NCBI RefSeq assembly: GCF_001545095.1
Contig: NZ_CP013213.1
Location: 1,440,001-1,472,000, forward strand
Source of the DNA: Erysipelothrix larvae
GTDB lineage: Bacteria; Bacillota_I; Bacilli_A; Erysipelotrichales; Erysipelotrichaceae
DNA length: 32,000 nucleotides
Reading direction: 5' to 3'
The notes beneath the pieces were generated by a model. That model was given only the letters and a program-made list of their open reading frames with translations. It was not told the origin of the DNA and searched no databases. How positions within the stretch are numbered: position 1 is the first letter of the stretch; each line of letters opens with the position of its first letter. The position numbers were made by a program, and so were the translations under genes. This document shows positions 1 through 8,730 of the stretch, in pieces.

Positions 1-340
1 TTCTTTTTGCACCCTTGTAAAGGGCATTCATAATTGCCTCTTTGTACTCTGCCAAATCAATCGGGCTTGTGAGAATTTCTACCTCATCTTCTGTCAGTAA
101 TTCCTTCGGAGCATCCTTGTGCTTGATGTTATAGACAAGAGTACTTTGATTGGCCAGTAAGGTAATCAGCCACACAATCTCTGAAAGTGCCATCTCGACA
201 TTCTCAGACTTCATTAGCTTATCGCCTAAGTTTTCAAGACCACCATATCGTCCTGCGATTTCCTTTGTTGCTTTTGTAGTAAGTAGTAGCACATATTCAT
301 CGCCACCAATACGAATGCTTGCTGTTCGTTCGTTATCCAT
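1..340 (-). CDS. phage tail assembly chaperone, N-terminal part (gene runs off the window start)
   Basis: Absent from the ORF track because no stop lies in the window. ATG at 340-338 sits 3 nt after the major-tail stop, with GGAGGG 7 nt upstream. The frame is stop-free to base 1 (MDNERTASIRIGGDEYVLLLTTKATKEIAGRYGGLENLGDKLMKSENVEMALSEIVWLITLLANQ...). The product call is positional: this is the slot directly downstream of the major tail gene. Confidence 0.55.
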   Translation of the reverse strand, partial: MDNERTASIRIGGDEYVLLLTTKATKEIAGRYGGLENLGDKLMKSENVEMALSEIVWLITLLANQSTLVYNIKHKDAPKELLTEDEVEILTSPIDLAEYKEAIMNALYKGAKR

Positions 341-343
341 CGC

Positions 344-937
344 TTAGCCCTCCGTAACTGTGTAATCCGGTTCATAGACTTCTGTATACCAACTGCTGAT
401 AATCGATGCCGGTACATCCTTATCGCCTTCGGTCACTTCCGCTTTCCACGGATGTTTACCGCTTGTATCCGGCTTGTTTCTTCGGAGAACCGTACCTTCA
501 ATTGTTGGTGTTGAGAATGTAATACTGTCACCTTTTGTTGCTAGGTTTGTCGCAGGAATACCGAATTTCACTCGATAGAGCCAATAGTATTTATACTTGC
601 CATTGGATTTCTTTGCTCTAAAACCAACAGCCACAGGATCCCCGCCATCTTCACTGTTAGAAACCACAACGTTGTTCTTATCAACCGTGACTCCGGTTAA
701 GGCGGCTGCAGTAGTCGAGCCAATATCATCCACTCCAAGAGAGATAGTGCCATTTTTAAATTCTTTAACGATTTCTGCCGCACCATCATCTGCATAGAGA
801 GTTGCCTCTGCCAGTTCAACAGATAACTCTGCTGAGATTGCTTTTGCCAGCTGAGTGGGTGTGCCATAGATTTCTTCGCCATTTTCATCATCTGTGATGG
901 TCGCATAATAAAGTTTATCCAGACCAATTGTTGCCAT
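344..937 (-). CDS. major tail protein (phi13-like family of Firmicutes siphoviruses)
   Basis: 197 aa starting MATIGLDKLYYATITDDENGEEIYGTPTQLAKAISAELSVE..., which is the N-terminus and size I associate with phi13-type major tail proteins. ATG at 937 is preceded by GGAGG. It lies between the head-tail joining genes and the chaperone. Confidence 0.8.
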   Translation of the reverse strand: MATIGLDKLYYATITDDENGEEIYGTPTQLAKAISAELSVELAEATLYADDGAAEIVKEFKNGTISLGVDDIGSTTAAALTGVTVDKNNVVVSNSEDGGDPVAVGFRAKKSNGKYKYYWLYRVKFGIPATNLATKGDSITFSTPTIEGTVLRRNKPDTSGKHPWKAEVTEGDKDVPASIISSWYTEVYEPDYTVTEG

Positions 938-939
938 TT

Positions 940-1284
940 TTAATTACCTCCTATTTCATAATGTTTGGCTACATCCACGTTGTAGTGGTAATAGCCCGTA
1001 TCATCTTCAAAGCCGATGTAGCTCCGTGCGGTTATGGTGAAACTGGAAGCCAACAATAACTGCACCACTTGATTTTTTAACGCTGTATAACTGCCTTTGC
1101 TATAAATTGAAATCCGTGCCTCTTGAACATCGATGCATGGTAGATTATCCGAATGAAGGTCAAATCTATCGCTCATCGGAACAATCACCATGTACTTTGA
1201 CGGCGCAGTATCCGAGAACACGCCTGTTTCTATTGGAACATCCAGTGATTCTAAAGCGACTTGTAAGTCTGCTAGAATGCTCAT
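940..1284 (-). CDS. tail terminator / tail completion protein (positional call)
   Basis: 114 aa. Its ATG overlaps the upstream stop as ATGA (1281-1284). It occupies the slot between the gp10-like gene and the major tail gene. I recognise no diagnostic motif. Confidence 0.45.
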   Translation of the reverse strand: MSILADLQVALESLDVPIETGVFSDTAPSKYMVIVPMSDRFDLHSDNLPCIDVQEARISIYSKGSYTALKNQVVQLLLASSFTITARSYIGFEDDTGYYHYNVDVAKHYEIGGN

Positions 1285-1712
1285 ATCTTTTTGACCTCCT
1301 CTTCAAAAGTGCTTTTCATTACTGAGATACACTCAGACTTTGATGCACTTTTAGCTGGTTTCAAAAAAGGTTTCGCAGGTTGACCGTGTTTGCCATACTC
1401 AAGGATGTTTGCTATTTTTGCGTTACTCTCACCATCAGGCCTTGGTTCAGAAAATCCAATTTTTATATTGTGGTTTCCGTTCCTATCTAGCCTGACTGAA
1501 GTGACACCGAGTGCCTTTTCTAATTCACCCGTTGATCGTGATTCATGCTTTGTACCTTTACCGATTACAGCAGAAAGATTGCTCTTCGTTCGTTTGAAAA
1601 CGACTTCGCCACCTGCTTTTAGCACCTTTTCGGCAACAGGGTCAAAGTCAGATCCAAGCTTTGAAATCTTGAGCAAAAAATCATCGGGCATCTTAATATC
1701 AACTTTTGCCAA
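1281..1712 (-). CDS. HK97 gp10-family head-tail joining protein
   Basis: 143 aa with the C-terminal signature ...ILEYGKHGQPAKPFLKPA... typical of the HK97 gp10 family. The start is TTG at 1712 with AAGGTGGTGA 6 nt upstream. Confidence 0.7.
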   Translation of the reverse strand: MAKVDIKMPDDFLLKISKLGSDFDPVAEKVLKAGGEVVFKRTKSNLSAVIGKGTKHESRSTGELEKALGVTSVRLDRNGNHNIKIGFSEPRPDGESNAKIANILEYGKHGQPAKPFLKPAKSASKSECISVMKSTFEEEVKKI

Positions 1713-2115
1713 TACTGCTCACCACCTTCTTTGCCAAAACTTCTGTATACATACCTCGACCTTTTACGTTTTCTACCGAGGTAATATCAAAACGCTCTCC
1801 ATCACACACAATAAAATGTTCTGTCGTGACCTCGACTCCTGGAATCGCACGAAACCTGAATAAATCTGTAGCCTCTGAAAAAGTAGCTAGGTTAGCCCAG
1901 CGTTCACTGCCATGACGCCCTTCCCGGTAGACTCGAATCGAAGCAATCACGGTTTCTGATGTTGTCGCAAATCCTTCACTGTCTTTTGTTTTTGTGACTA
2001 CCTTAATATCAGCAAATCCATTCATTTTTCCGAAACTCACAACCAGTACCTCGCTTTCAATGTTTACACCTTCCAATCCCGATCGAGTCTTAATAGTAGG
2101 TTGACCGTTTTCCAA
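1699..2115 (-). CDS. head closure / head-tail adaptor protein (start uncertain)
   Basis: The C-terminal part ...FRFRAIPGVEVTTEHFIVCDGERFDITSVENVKGRGMYTEVLAKK resembles phage head-closure (SPP1 gp16-type) proteins. The track ORF overlaps the upstream gene by 52 nt. A GTG near 2046 or the ATG of MNGFADIKVV are more likely true starts. Confidence 0.55.
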   Translation of the reverse strand: MENGQPTIKTRSGLEGVNIESEVLVVSFGKMNGFADIKVVTKTKDSEGFATTSETVIASIRVYREGRHGSERWANLATFSEATDLFRFRAIPGVEVTTEHFIVCDGERFDITSVENVKGRGMYTEVLAKKVVSSIGKS

Positions 2116-2372
2116 ACCTGCTGACCCGCCTGCACATTATCTGCAAAGAAGCCACCTGTACTACCATCTCTGCTTTCATAAAAATGAGAGGAAAGCATAA
2201 TAATGGCTTGCTCTGTAGTCGGTGGCATAGGATTGTCGCTATAGAAATTTTCTGGTACATGCTGATAACTCTCGGCATAACTGACAGCAGCGGCGATGAA
2301 CATCTCTAAGAGTTCGTCATCAGCTTCATGCTCTAAAATCAAGTTTGCCTTTACCTTTTGAATCAGTGTCAT
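2064..2372 (-). CDS. gp6-like head-tail connector protein
   Basis: Start re-assigned to ATG 2372 (MTLIQKVKANLILEHEADDELLEMFIAAAVSYAESY...), which has AAAGGA upstream. This removes the overlap with 2395..2619. The N-terminal pattern and roughly 100-aa size are typical of Phage_connect_1/gp6-like proteins. Confidence 0.65.
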   Translation of the reverse strand: MTLIQKVKANLILEHEADDELLEMFIAAAVSYAESYQHVPENFYSDNPMPPTTEQAIIMLSSHFYESRDGSTGGFFADNVQAGQQVWKTVNLLLRLDRDWKV

Positions 2373-2394
2373 ACCGCTACCATCCTTTCTCTTT

Positions 2395-2619
2395 TTAATC
2401 AGCTTCCATGAGTCCTGCTGTTTGAAGCTTTGAAAGCAATGCATTAAAATCAGCAACTAAACTCGTAATATCTTCTGCCACACTAGGTGCTTGGTTTTCT
2501 GCAGGAGTAAAAGAAGAAGGGAGACCTGTTACGGTTGCTCCCTCCTTAATCTCTAACGTTCCTGCGATGACGGTTTTATCTCCGCCTTGTTCGGTGTAGT
2601 TTTTTGTGTTGTAATCCAT
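2395..2619 (-). CDS. small hypothetical protein in capsid module
   Basis: 74 aa. ATG at 2619 has GGAGGTG 4 nt upstream. It lies directly after the major capsid gene, so a decoration or head-fibre role is possible. No motif recognised. Confidence 0.4.
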   Translation of the reverse strand: MDYNTKNYTEQGGDKTVIAGTLEIKEGATVTGLPSSFTPAENQAPSVAEDITSLVADFNALLSKLQTAGLMEAD

Positions 2620-2631
2620 ATCGCACCTCCG

Positions 2632-3828
2632 TTAGGCTTTCTGCTGAAGAACCTTGATTGCTTCAGGTAGTACTAACTTGCCATCCACACGTTCTTTAGC
2701 AACAAAACCGACCATGCCATTACCTGCAAACAGCTCACGAAGTTCTGCAAAGGAACGAGAACCACGATCTCCAATGTTGTAGTAAGACAAATCGCCAAAG
2801 ATAATGGTCTTAGCACCTGCCTCAATGGTAGGCATATAAGCAGATGTATAAACAGGATAGCCAAGTAGTTTATCTGGTTCACCTGCAACAAGGGCCGGTT
2901 GCCACATATAGGCACCGTTACCGTCCTTTAGTTTTCTAAGGGCTGCAATGGTCTGGTCATTTAAAATGAACACGGCATTTTTACGGTAAGGACGCTTCAG
3001 TGAATACACTAGGTTAATTACTTCGTCAGCAGTAATCGCCGTTGCAGATGCTGTGGTCACACCGACTTCAGCTCCACCACTTGCAGCTAGAATACCCAGT
3101 GGTTTTCCTGTACCATTGCCATTAATAAAGGCATCTTCTTCGGCATTAGCCAGAGCCTTATAAAACTCCTCAATGATGTAATTCTCAAGTTGGAAGGCAT
3201 TATCATAAAGTAGTTCTTCAGTAACCTTTACGGCTACATGAAGTTTGTGGGCATCCAGATTGATTTGAGAGAAGGTTGCATCGCTAAAGGTCAGTGCCTC
3301 ACCCTCATCAATCCATGCAGCCGCAGGTTTTGTGGCCGCTATATTGATTTTTCGCTCACCAGATGTCGTAATGGTATGGCCTAACTTACGGATGATATTT
3401 TCGTCTTTCAGCCCATCAATCAGCCTCGTGTCATACTCTTCTGGAACCAAGTATCCACCATCTGCATCGACACCTTCTTGCAGAACATTAGATACATTAC
3501 GGAAGTTTGAGCGAAGGGCTGAAAGCATAGCAGTCTTATAAGAATCAGCTGCTCGGCCAGTTTTATTTTCACTGTTATCCAGTCGACCATTCATCGGATT
3601 TTCAATGATTGGCTTGCTGACAGGTTTTTCAAGTTCAGCCTCGATTGCTTCACGTCTTTCCATGCGATGGATTTCATTGGTAAGTTCAGAAATTTCATCT
3701 TCCATGGTTTTATAGGTAGCATCATCTTCTGCGGATAATGTGCCATTCTTGGTTTTATGAGTGTCCAAGAACCCGTCCATCGTTTCAATAAGCTTTTTGC
3801 GCTTGTTACGCATTTCTGTAATCGTCAT
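2632..3828 (-). CDS. major capsid protein, HK97 family
   Basis: 398 aa. The N-terminal coiled-coil delta-like region (MTITEMRNKRKKLIETMDGFLD...EISELTNEIHRMERREAIEAELEK) is followed by HK97-type core motifs (GGYLVPEEY, AFINGNGTGKPLGIL). It sits after a ClpP-type protease and the portal gene. Confidence 0.9.
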   Translation of the reverse strand: MTITEMRNKRKKLIETMDGFLDTHKTKNGTLSAEDDATYKTMEDEISELTNEIHRMERREAIEAELEKPVSKPIIENPMNGRLDNSENKTGRAADSYKTAMLSALRSNFRNVSNVLQEGVDADGGYLVPEEYDTRLIDGLKDENIIRKLGHTITTSGERKINIAATKPAAAWIDEGEALTFSDATFSQINLDAHKLHVAVKVTEELLYDNAFQLENYIIEEFYKALANAEEDAFINGNGTGKPLGILAASGGAEVGVTTASATAITADEVINLVYSLKRPYRKNAVFILNDQTIAALRKLKDGNGAYMWQPALVAGEPDKLLGYPVYTSAYMPTIEAGAKTIIFGDLSYYNIGDRGSRSFAELRELFAGNGMVGFVAKERVDGKLVLPEAIKVLQQKA

Positions 3829-3844
3829 AGTAAAATTCCTCCAT

Positions 3845-4576
3845 TTACATATATTTTTTGATAATTAAAAGTCGCTCCTTGAGTTCATCAATTGAGCGCC
3901 CTTGGGGTTTGGCAGATTCCTCCGCCTGAATTGGTTTATTCTTTTCTGCCATTTTGTTAAGTAGGTTAGTTGCCACTGCTTTTCTAGAAAACGCATAGGC
4001 AGAAAAATTGTGTTCGGATTGTTTCTCATCCTTTAGCACATCGTCTGCAAAGCCAAGTTCAATCGCTTTGTTGGCATTCATCCAGGTTTCAGCATCCATG
4101 AGATGGGATAGTTTGATGCGAGATACTCCAGTCTTAATCTCATAGGCGTTAATAATGCTTTCTTTCACCTCATCTAACATCTCGATCGCTCGTTTCATGT
4201 CTTCATGATCGCCCATCGTGATGGTTGCTGGGTTATGAATCATCATGAGCGCTGTAGGAGCCATCAGCACCTTTGTTCCTGCCATGGCAATGACAGAAGC
4301 GGCTGATGCTGCAATTCCATCAATCTTGACAGTTACCTCATCTGGGTAATCCATCAACATGGCATAAATCTGACTTGCAGCAATGCAATCTCCACCCGGT
4401 GAGTTAATCCATAGAGTGATGGGTCCTTTTCCGCTAAAGAGTTCATTTCTAAACATCTGCGGGGTCACATCATCATCAAACCAGCTTTCTTCAGCGATTG
4501 TTCCATAAAGCTCAAGAACTCGTTCTTCTTGTTCGCTTGCTTGGTTCTTCCATCGCCAAAACATCTTGTTCTTCAT
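3845..4576 (-). CDS. ClpP-like prohead (head maturation) protease
   Basis: Start re-assigned to ATG 4576 (MKNKMFWRWKNQ...) with AAGGAGG 9 nt upstream. S14 ClpP-type motifs are present: ITLWINSPGGDCIAASQIYAMLMDY and VIAMAGTKVLMAPTALMMIHNP. It overlaps the portal 3' end by 65 nt. Confidence 0.85.
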   Translation of the reverse strand: MKNKMFWRWKNQASEQEERVLELYGTIAEESWFDDDVTPQMFRNELFSGKGPITLWINSPGGDCIAASQIYAMLMDYPDEVTVKIDGIAASAASVIAMAGTKVLMAPTALMMIHNPATITMGDHEDMKRAIEMLDEVKESIINAYEIKTGVSRIKLSHLMDAETWMNANKAIELGFADDVLKDEKQSEHNFSAYAFSRKAVATNLLNKMAEKNKPIQAEESAKPQGRSIDELKERLLIIKKYM

Positions 4577-5840
4577 CCAAGTCTTCCTCCTTTCCATCCT
4601 CGTTTGTATTTGCGAATGCACCTGCCTTTGTAAGAGGGAGCATATTACCGTTGACAAGGTACATGTCACCGCCATCCTCTGAAGGGATACGGTCTAGGTT
4701 TTCAAGTTCCCTAATATCATTAGCACTCATCCAACCGTTCTGCCTTGCTGTGGCATACCCGCTCATGCGACTAACATAATCCCCTCTAAGCAGACCTTCC
4801 ACATTGAATCTAAAGAAGTATTTTTTCTTTTCTTCCGGTGTAAAAAGGGTGCGGGCTAGGGTTTGCTCCCAACGCACTACCCACGGGTCTAAGGTGTATT
4901 TCACAAACTCAAGGGATTGTTGCTCAATATTAGAAAAGCTCGACTTCTCAAGGTCGCCTACCATGTGAGGAGGGACTCTAAAAATCCGAGCAATTTCATT
5001 GATTTGAAACTTCCTTGTTTCAAGGAATTGTGCTTGTTCTGGTGAAATGGAAATCGGTGTATATTTCATTCCTTCTTCCAGCACGGCTATTTTATTGGAA
5101 TTGGCACTGCCACCAAATTGTGACTGCCAAGCCTCTCTGACTTTCCCAGGTTCTTTAATCGTTCCTGGATGTTCAAGCACACCACTTGGAGCAGCACCGT
5201 TAGCAAAGAACTTAGCTCCATATTCCTCTGTTGCAATGGCAAGACCAATCGCATTTTTAGCCATAGCAATTGGGGAGTAGCCAACAAGCCCATCAAACCC
5301 GAGTCCAGGAATATGAAGTACATCTGAGGTACTAAGTTTTACCGTCATACCCTTCGTACTGTTCACATCATCTGTACCTCTGGTGTATAAGTAATAGAGC
5401 TGCCCACTCTCATCTCGATGGACTGACATTCGATTTGGCATCAAGGGGTAGAGTCCTACAACTTCACCTTTTCCATTGCGAATAATCTGTGCATAACAAT
5501 TCCCCCATAACAAAAGATGAGTCATCATTGTTTCTCGAAACACAAAGGAACTCATCTCAGGATTTGGTTCATCATGCAAAAGTTTATACAAGGAATGGTC
5601 AATTGCTTTTTCCTTGCCACCATCATCTGTATAACGATAAAGGTGCAAAGGAAGCCCTGCTACTGCTTCAGCTAATATTCGAACACAAGAGTATACAGCC
5701 GTCATTTGAAGTGCCGACCGTTCGGTCACTGTTTTACCTGCTGTGGTTGATCCCATTAAAAATGTATAGTTGGAACTCACAGCTCTATCAGTAGGCTTAT
5801 CTCTTGCCTTAAAAATGGATGATAAAAATCCCAAAACCAA
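4512..5840 (-). CDS. portal protein, HK97 family
   Basis: 442 aa. The region VTERSALQMTAVYSCVRILAEAVAGLPLHLY is typical of HK97-type portals, and the gene lies between terL and the protease. The start is TTG 5840 or TTG 5834; the latter is 9 nt from GGAGG. Confidence 0.85.
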   Translation of the reverse strand: MVLGFLSSIFKARDKPTDRAVSSNYTFLMGSTTAGKTVTERSALQMTAVYSCVRILAEAVAGLPLHLYRYTDDGGKEKAIDHSLYKLLHDEPNPEMSSFVFRETMMTHLLLWGNCYAQIIRNGKGEVVGLYPLMPNRMSVHRDESGQLYYLYTRGTDDVNSTKGMTVKLSTSDVLHIPGLGFDGLVGYSPIAMAKNAIGLAIATEEYGAKFFANGAAPSGVLEHPGTIKEPGKVREAWQSQFGGSANSNKIAVLEEGMKYTPISISPEQAQFLETRKFQINEIARIFRVPPHMVGDLEKSSFSNIEQQSLEFVKYTLDPWVVRWEQTLARTLFTPEEKKKYFFRFNVEGLLRGDYVSRMSGYATARQNGWMSANDIRELENLDRIPSEDGGDMYLVNGNMLPLTKAGAFANTNEDGKEEDLDEEQDVLAMEEPSKRTRRTSS

Positions 5841-5849
5841 TCACCTCCC

Positions 5850-7460
5850 TCATATAAAGAGAATGCCTCGGTTGTCATAAACCGAAGCACTCGTATCATT
5901 GCCACAACGAATCGCTCGATCAAGAGCCATAATCGTTGCCACTGCACCATCAATCTTTTCTGATGATTTTTCCTTGTCCGGCTTGATGTTGCCTGCCGGG
6001 TCTGTTCGAACAAAAATGTTATCCATCATCCAACGAAGTACAGGATGCCCACCATGAGCAACCTTTTCCTCTAGCGTTAGTTTCATCAGTTCCTTAGTCG
6101 GTGGACTCATATCCTTAAATCCTTGACCAAAGGGGACAACAGTAAAACCCATGCCTTCTAGGTTTTGAACCATTTGTACGGCTCCCCAACGGTCAAAGGC
6201 AATCTCACGAATATTGTACTTTTCGCCAAGTTCTTCAATAAACTTCTCAATAAAACCGTAATGAACTACATTTCCTTCGGTTGTTTTAAGGTGATCCTGC
6301 TTTTCCCAGACATCATAGGGAACATGGTCACGGTTGACCCTGGCACTTAGAGTTTCTTCTGGCAGCCAAAAGTAGGGAAGAATGATGTATTTATCATCCT
6401 CATCTAGGGGAGGAAACACCAATACAAAGGCAGTAATATCAATGGAGCTAGAAAGGTCTAGTCCGCCATAGCATACCCTTCCAAGTAAATCCTCTTCATT
6501 TACAGCAAAGGCGCATTTATCCCATTTATCCATTGGCATCCAGCGAACCGCTTGTTTGACCCACTGATTAAGCCTTAGCTGTCTAAAGGCATTCTCTTCT
6601 GCAGGGTTTTGCTTGGCTGATTCACAGGCGGCTTTTACCTTATCAATCCCTACCGTTATGCCAAGGCTTGGATTCGCTTTTTTCCACACCTTCGGATCGG
6701 TCCAATCATCTGACTCATCTGCTCCATAAATAACCGGATAAAAAGTAGGGTCAATCTTTCTTTTCTCCATGAGGTCTTTGGCTTTCTGATGGGTTTCATA
6801 GCAGATTGATTTTGTATCAGATCCTGCCGTGGTGATAAGAAAATATAGAGGCTGCGTTCTGGCATCACCAGAACCTTTGGTCATGACATCAAAGAGTTTT
6901 CTATTGGGCTGAGTATGCAGCTCATCAAAAACAACACCATGAATATTAAAACCATGCTTTGAATAAGCCTCTGCTGAAAGTACTTGATAAAAACTATTAG
7001 TCGGTTGGAAAATGATCCGCTTTGTTGCCGATAAGATTTTAACTCGTTTACTTAGAGCCGGACTCATACGTACCATATCAGCAGCCACCTCAAAAACAAT
7101 GGACGCCTGTTGCCTGTCTGCAGCGCATCCATAAACCTCGGCTCTTTCTTCGCCATCACCACAAGTAAGCAGTAATGCGACAGCTGCCGCTAATTCAGAT
7201 TTCCCCATTTTCTTAGGAATCTCAATATAGGCTGTATTAAACTGCCGATAACCATCTGGTTTCAGTGTTCCAAAGAGATCTCTGATAATTTGTTCTTGCC
7301 AATCAATCAGTTCAAATGGTTTTCCAGACCATTTCCCCTTGGTATGACTTAAACACTCAATAAAGTTGACCGCATAATCTGCAGCATCTTTATCGTAGAT
7401 AGAGTCCTTTGCCATAAAAGGGGTCGGTTTATATTTCTTGAGCTTTCTAATTGCGGTCAC
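5850..7460 (-). CDS. terL: terminase large subunit (Terminase_1 type)
   Basis: 536 aa. It has a P-loop-like IEIPKKMGKSELAAAVAL, a Walker-B-like HGVVFDELH and a C-terminal RNaseH-like nuclease half. It sits immediately upstream of the portal gene. The track start GTG 7460 abuts GGAGG with no spacer, so an ATT at 7451 (8-nt spacer) is an alternative. Confidence 0.9.
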   Translation of the reverse strand: MTAIRKLKKYKPTPFMAKDSIYDKDAADYAVNFIECLSHTKGKWSGKPFELIDWQEQIIRDLFGTLKPDGYRQFNTAYIEIPKKMGKSELAAAVALLLTCGDGEERAEVYGCAADRQQASIVFEVAADMVRMSPALSKRVKILSATKRIIFQPTNSFYQVLSAEAYSKHGFNIHGVVFDELHTQPNRKLFDVMTKGSGDARTQPLYFLITTAGSDTKSICYETHQKAKDLMEKRKIDPTFYPVIYGADESDDWTDPKVWKKANPSLGITVGIDKVKAACESAKQNPAEENAFRQLRLNQWVKQAVRWMPMDKWDKCAFAVNEEDLLGRVCYGGLDLSSSIDITAFVLVFPPLDEDDKYIILPYFWLPEETLSARVNRDHVPYDVWEKQDHLKTTEGNVVHYGFIEKFIEELGEKYNIREIAFDRWGAVQMVQNLEGMGFTVVPFGQGFKDMSPPTKELMKLTLEEKVAHGGHPVLRWMMDNIFVRTDPAGNIKPDKEKSSEKIDGAVATIMALDRAIRCGNDTSASVYDNRGILFI

Positions 7461-7477
7461 CTCCCTTCAAAATGAGC

Positions 7478-7503
7478 ATAAAAAATACAGCCTTAAGCTG
7501 TAT
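7478..7503 (-). terminator. intrinsic-terminator-like hairpin upstream of terL
   Basis: The minus strand reads ATACAGC-TTAAG-GCTGTAT followed by TTTTTAT. It lies between the stop of 7561..7740 and the terL start. A second hairpin, GAGCG-N6-CGCTC, is at 7515-7530. Confidence 0.45.
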
Positions 7504-7560
7504 GACGAGAGAAAGAGCGTCTGCACGCTCAAACCCCTATACTATTGAATTATTTATGAT

Positions 7561-7740
7561 TTAATCTTCATCACCGTTTAAAATGAACTTCACATACTTG
7601 GTTTTTTCTTCTTCAAGAAAAATGACCAGCTCATAAAATTCCATCTCATCTGCGATTCTTTGGACTGCGTTTACATCAAACATATTAGTAAGGCCTGTAT
7701 CTCGAATGGCAAGAATCTGCTCTTTTATCTTATCTGTCAT
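7561..7740 (-). CDS. small conserved phage/ICE protein (DUF5049-like by recollection)
   Basis: Start re-assigned to ATG 7740 (MTDKIKEQILAIRDTGLTNMFDVNAVQRIADEMEFYELVIFLEEEKTKYVKFILNGDED). It overlaps the upstream stop within ATGACAGATAA. The family name is from memory only. Confidence 0.45.
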   Translation of the reverse strand: MTDKIKEQILAIRDTGLTNMFDVNAVQRIADEMEFYELVIFLEEEKTKYVKFILNGDED

Positions 7741-7960
7741 CGTCAATCCTCCTGCAAAGGTCTTCTCCATAAACAACGGATAAACTAGACCCCGTGTCCC
7801 AAGACACCATGATTGAACCAATATCATCTACGCCTATTACTGTTCCTTTTGTTCCAATAACTGGTGCTTGAAAGTCATCCATCCTTAAAAGTTCTACACG
7901 GCATCCAACAGGATACTTTTCACGAAGATGATGTAGTCTTTCCTTACTGATTATCATCAT
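7730..7960 (-). CDS. small conserved phage/ICE protein (DUF4314-like by recollection)
   Basis: 76 aa containing ...GCRVELLRMDDFQAPVIGTKGTVIGVDDIGSIMVSWDTGSSLSVVYGED.... ATG at 7960 has GGAGG 8 nt upstream. Confidence 0.45.
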   Translation of the reverse strand: MMIISKERLHHLREKYPVGCRVELLRMDDFQAPVIGTKGTVIGVDDIGSIMVSWDTGSSLSVVYGEDLCRRIDDDR

Positions 7961-8636
7961 TTTTAGCTCCTCCTTTAAATGCCGATGAACCTGTTAGGTT
8001 TCTAAGCAGTATTTTTCGTTCTTCCTTATATTCTTTTCCGATAAAGCCAAGGCGCAGTAAAAAGCATCGAAATGCATATTTCTCATTCGGAGTTTCCTTT
8101 TCTTTTGCCATGATGCGTTTTTGATTCCTTGCCATCTCACAAAGAGCTGAAATAAAGTGGGTATACGCTTGTACCTCTTCTGGTGAAGGCATTTCTTCAA
8201 ACCAAGGAAATGAGACTTCCTCTTCTGAAATCTTAATCGGTAAATCGTCTAGCCGCAAAGCATGACGAATCAGTTCGCCTTTTACCTGAATGATTGCTTT
8301 TACGTTTTCTAATGCTGTATCAGTAAAGCTGTTTCTTGGCATGGAGATACAAAGACCAAACATTCCGCTGTCCGCCGTTTGTGCGGCCTCTGTGCCCTTA
8401 GTTTCTTCCATTGGGGTAAAGCCCTCACTTAATAAATGCTCGGCCACACTTTCGATTTCTTCGCTATCTGCCTTGCCACCTTGTTCAAGTGTTCCATTCT
8501 TGTCGATGATAAAATCCCCCACCTCATAAGCCATGCTAGGCATTCCTAGATACTTTGCTTTCACACCTGTAATTTTGCTCAGTGTTGTAACTAGCCTTTT
8601 TCGGTCTGCTCCTGTTACGTTATATTTAATGACCAT
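7944..8636 (-). CDS. hypothetical protein (conserved C-terminal AFRCFLLRLGFIGKEYK motif)
   Basis: Start re-assigned to ATG 8636 (MVIKYNVTGADRKRLVTTLSKITGVKAKYLGMPSMAYEVGDFIIDKNG...) with AGGAGG 8 nt upstream. It has an acidic central linker. Function unknown. Confidence 0.5.
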   Translation of the reverse strand: MVIKYNVTGADRKRLVTTLSKITGVKAKYLGMPSMAYEVGDFIIDKNGTLEQGGKADSEEIESVAEHLLSEGFTPMEETKGTEAAQTADSGMFGLCISMPRNSFTDTALENVKAIIQVKGELIRHALRLDDLPIKISEEEVSFPWFEEMPSPEEVQAYTHFISALCEMARNQKRIMAKEKETPNEKYAFRCFLLRLGFIGKEYKEERKILLRNLTGSSAFKGGAKNDDNQ

Positions 8637-8730
8637 GTACAAAACCTCCTTTGTTTTGGTATGTACATATATCACTCTAAAACACTACTATAGCAAGCTA
8701 TTTCTCGCTTTTTAGGTGTAGAAATGAGAC

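Noticed and set aside
1390-1863. 157-aa plus-strand ORF. Similar long plus-strand ORFs occur at 11169..11522, 19274..19732, 21682..22050, 23758..24189 and 29103..29624.
   Set aside because: All lie entirely antisense to confidently assigned minus-strand genes. They are Ser/Leu/Phe-rich shadow frames, lack Shine-Dalgarno sequences, and show no recognisable motifs.
4512-4576. 65-nt overlap of the portal and protease genes as a possible frameshift or fusion signal
   Set aside because: The protease has its own strong SD (AAGGAGG) and ATG. The overlap is most simply explained by an unconserved acidic portal C-terminal tail.
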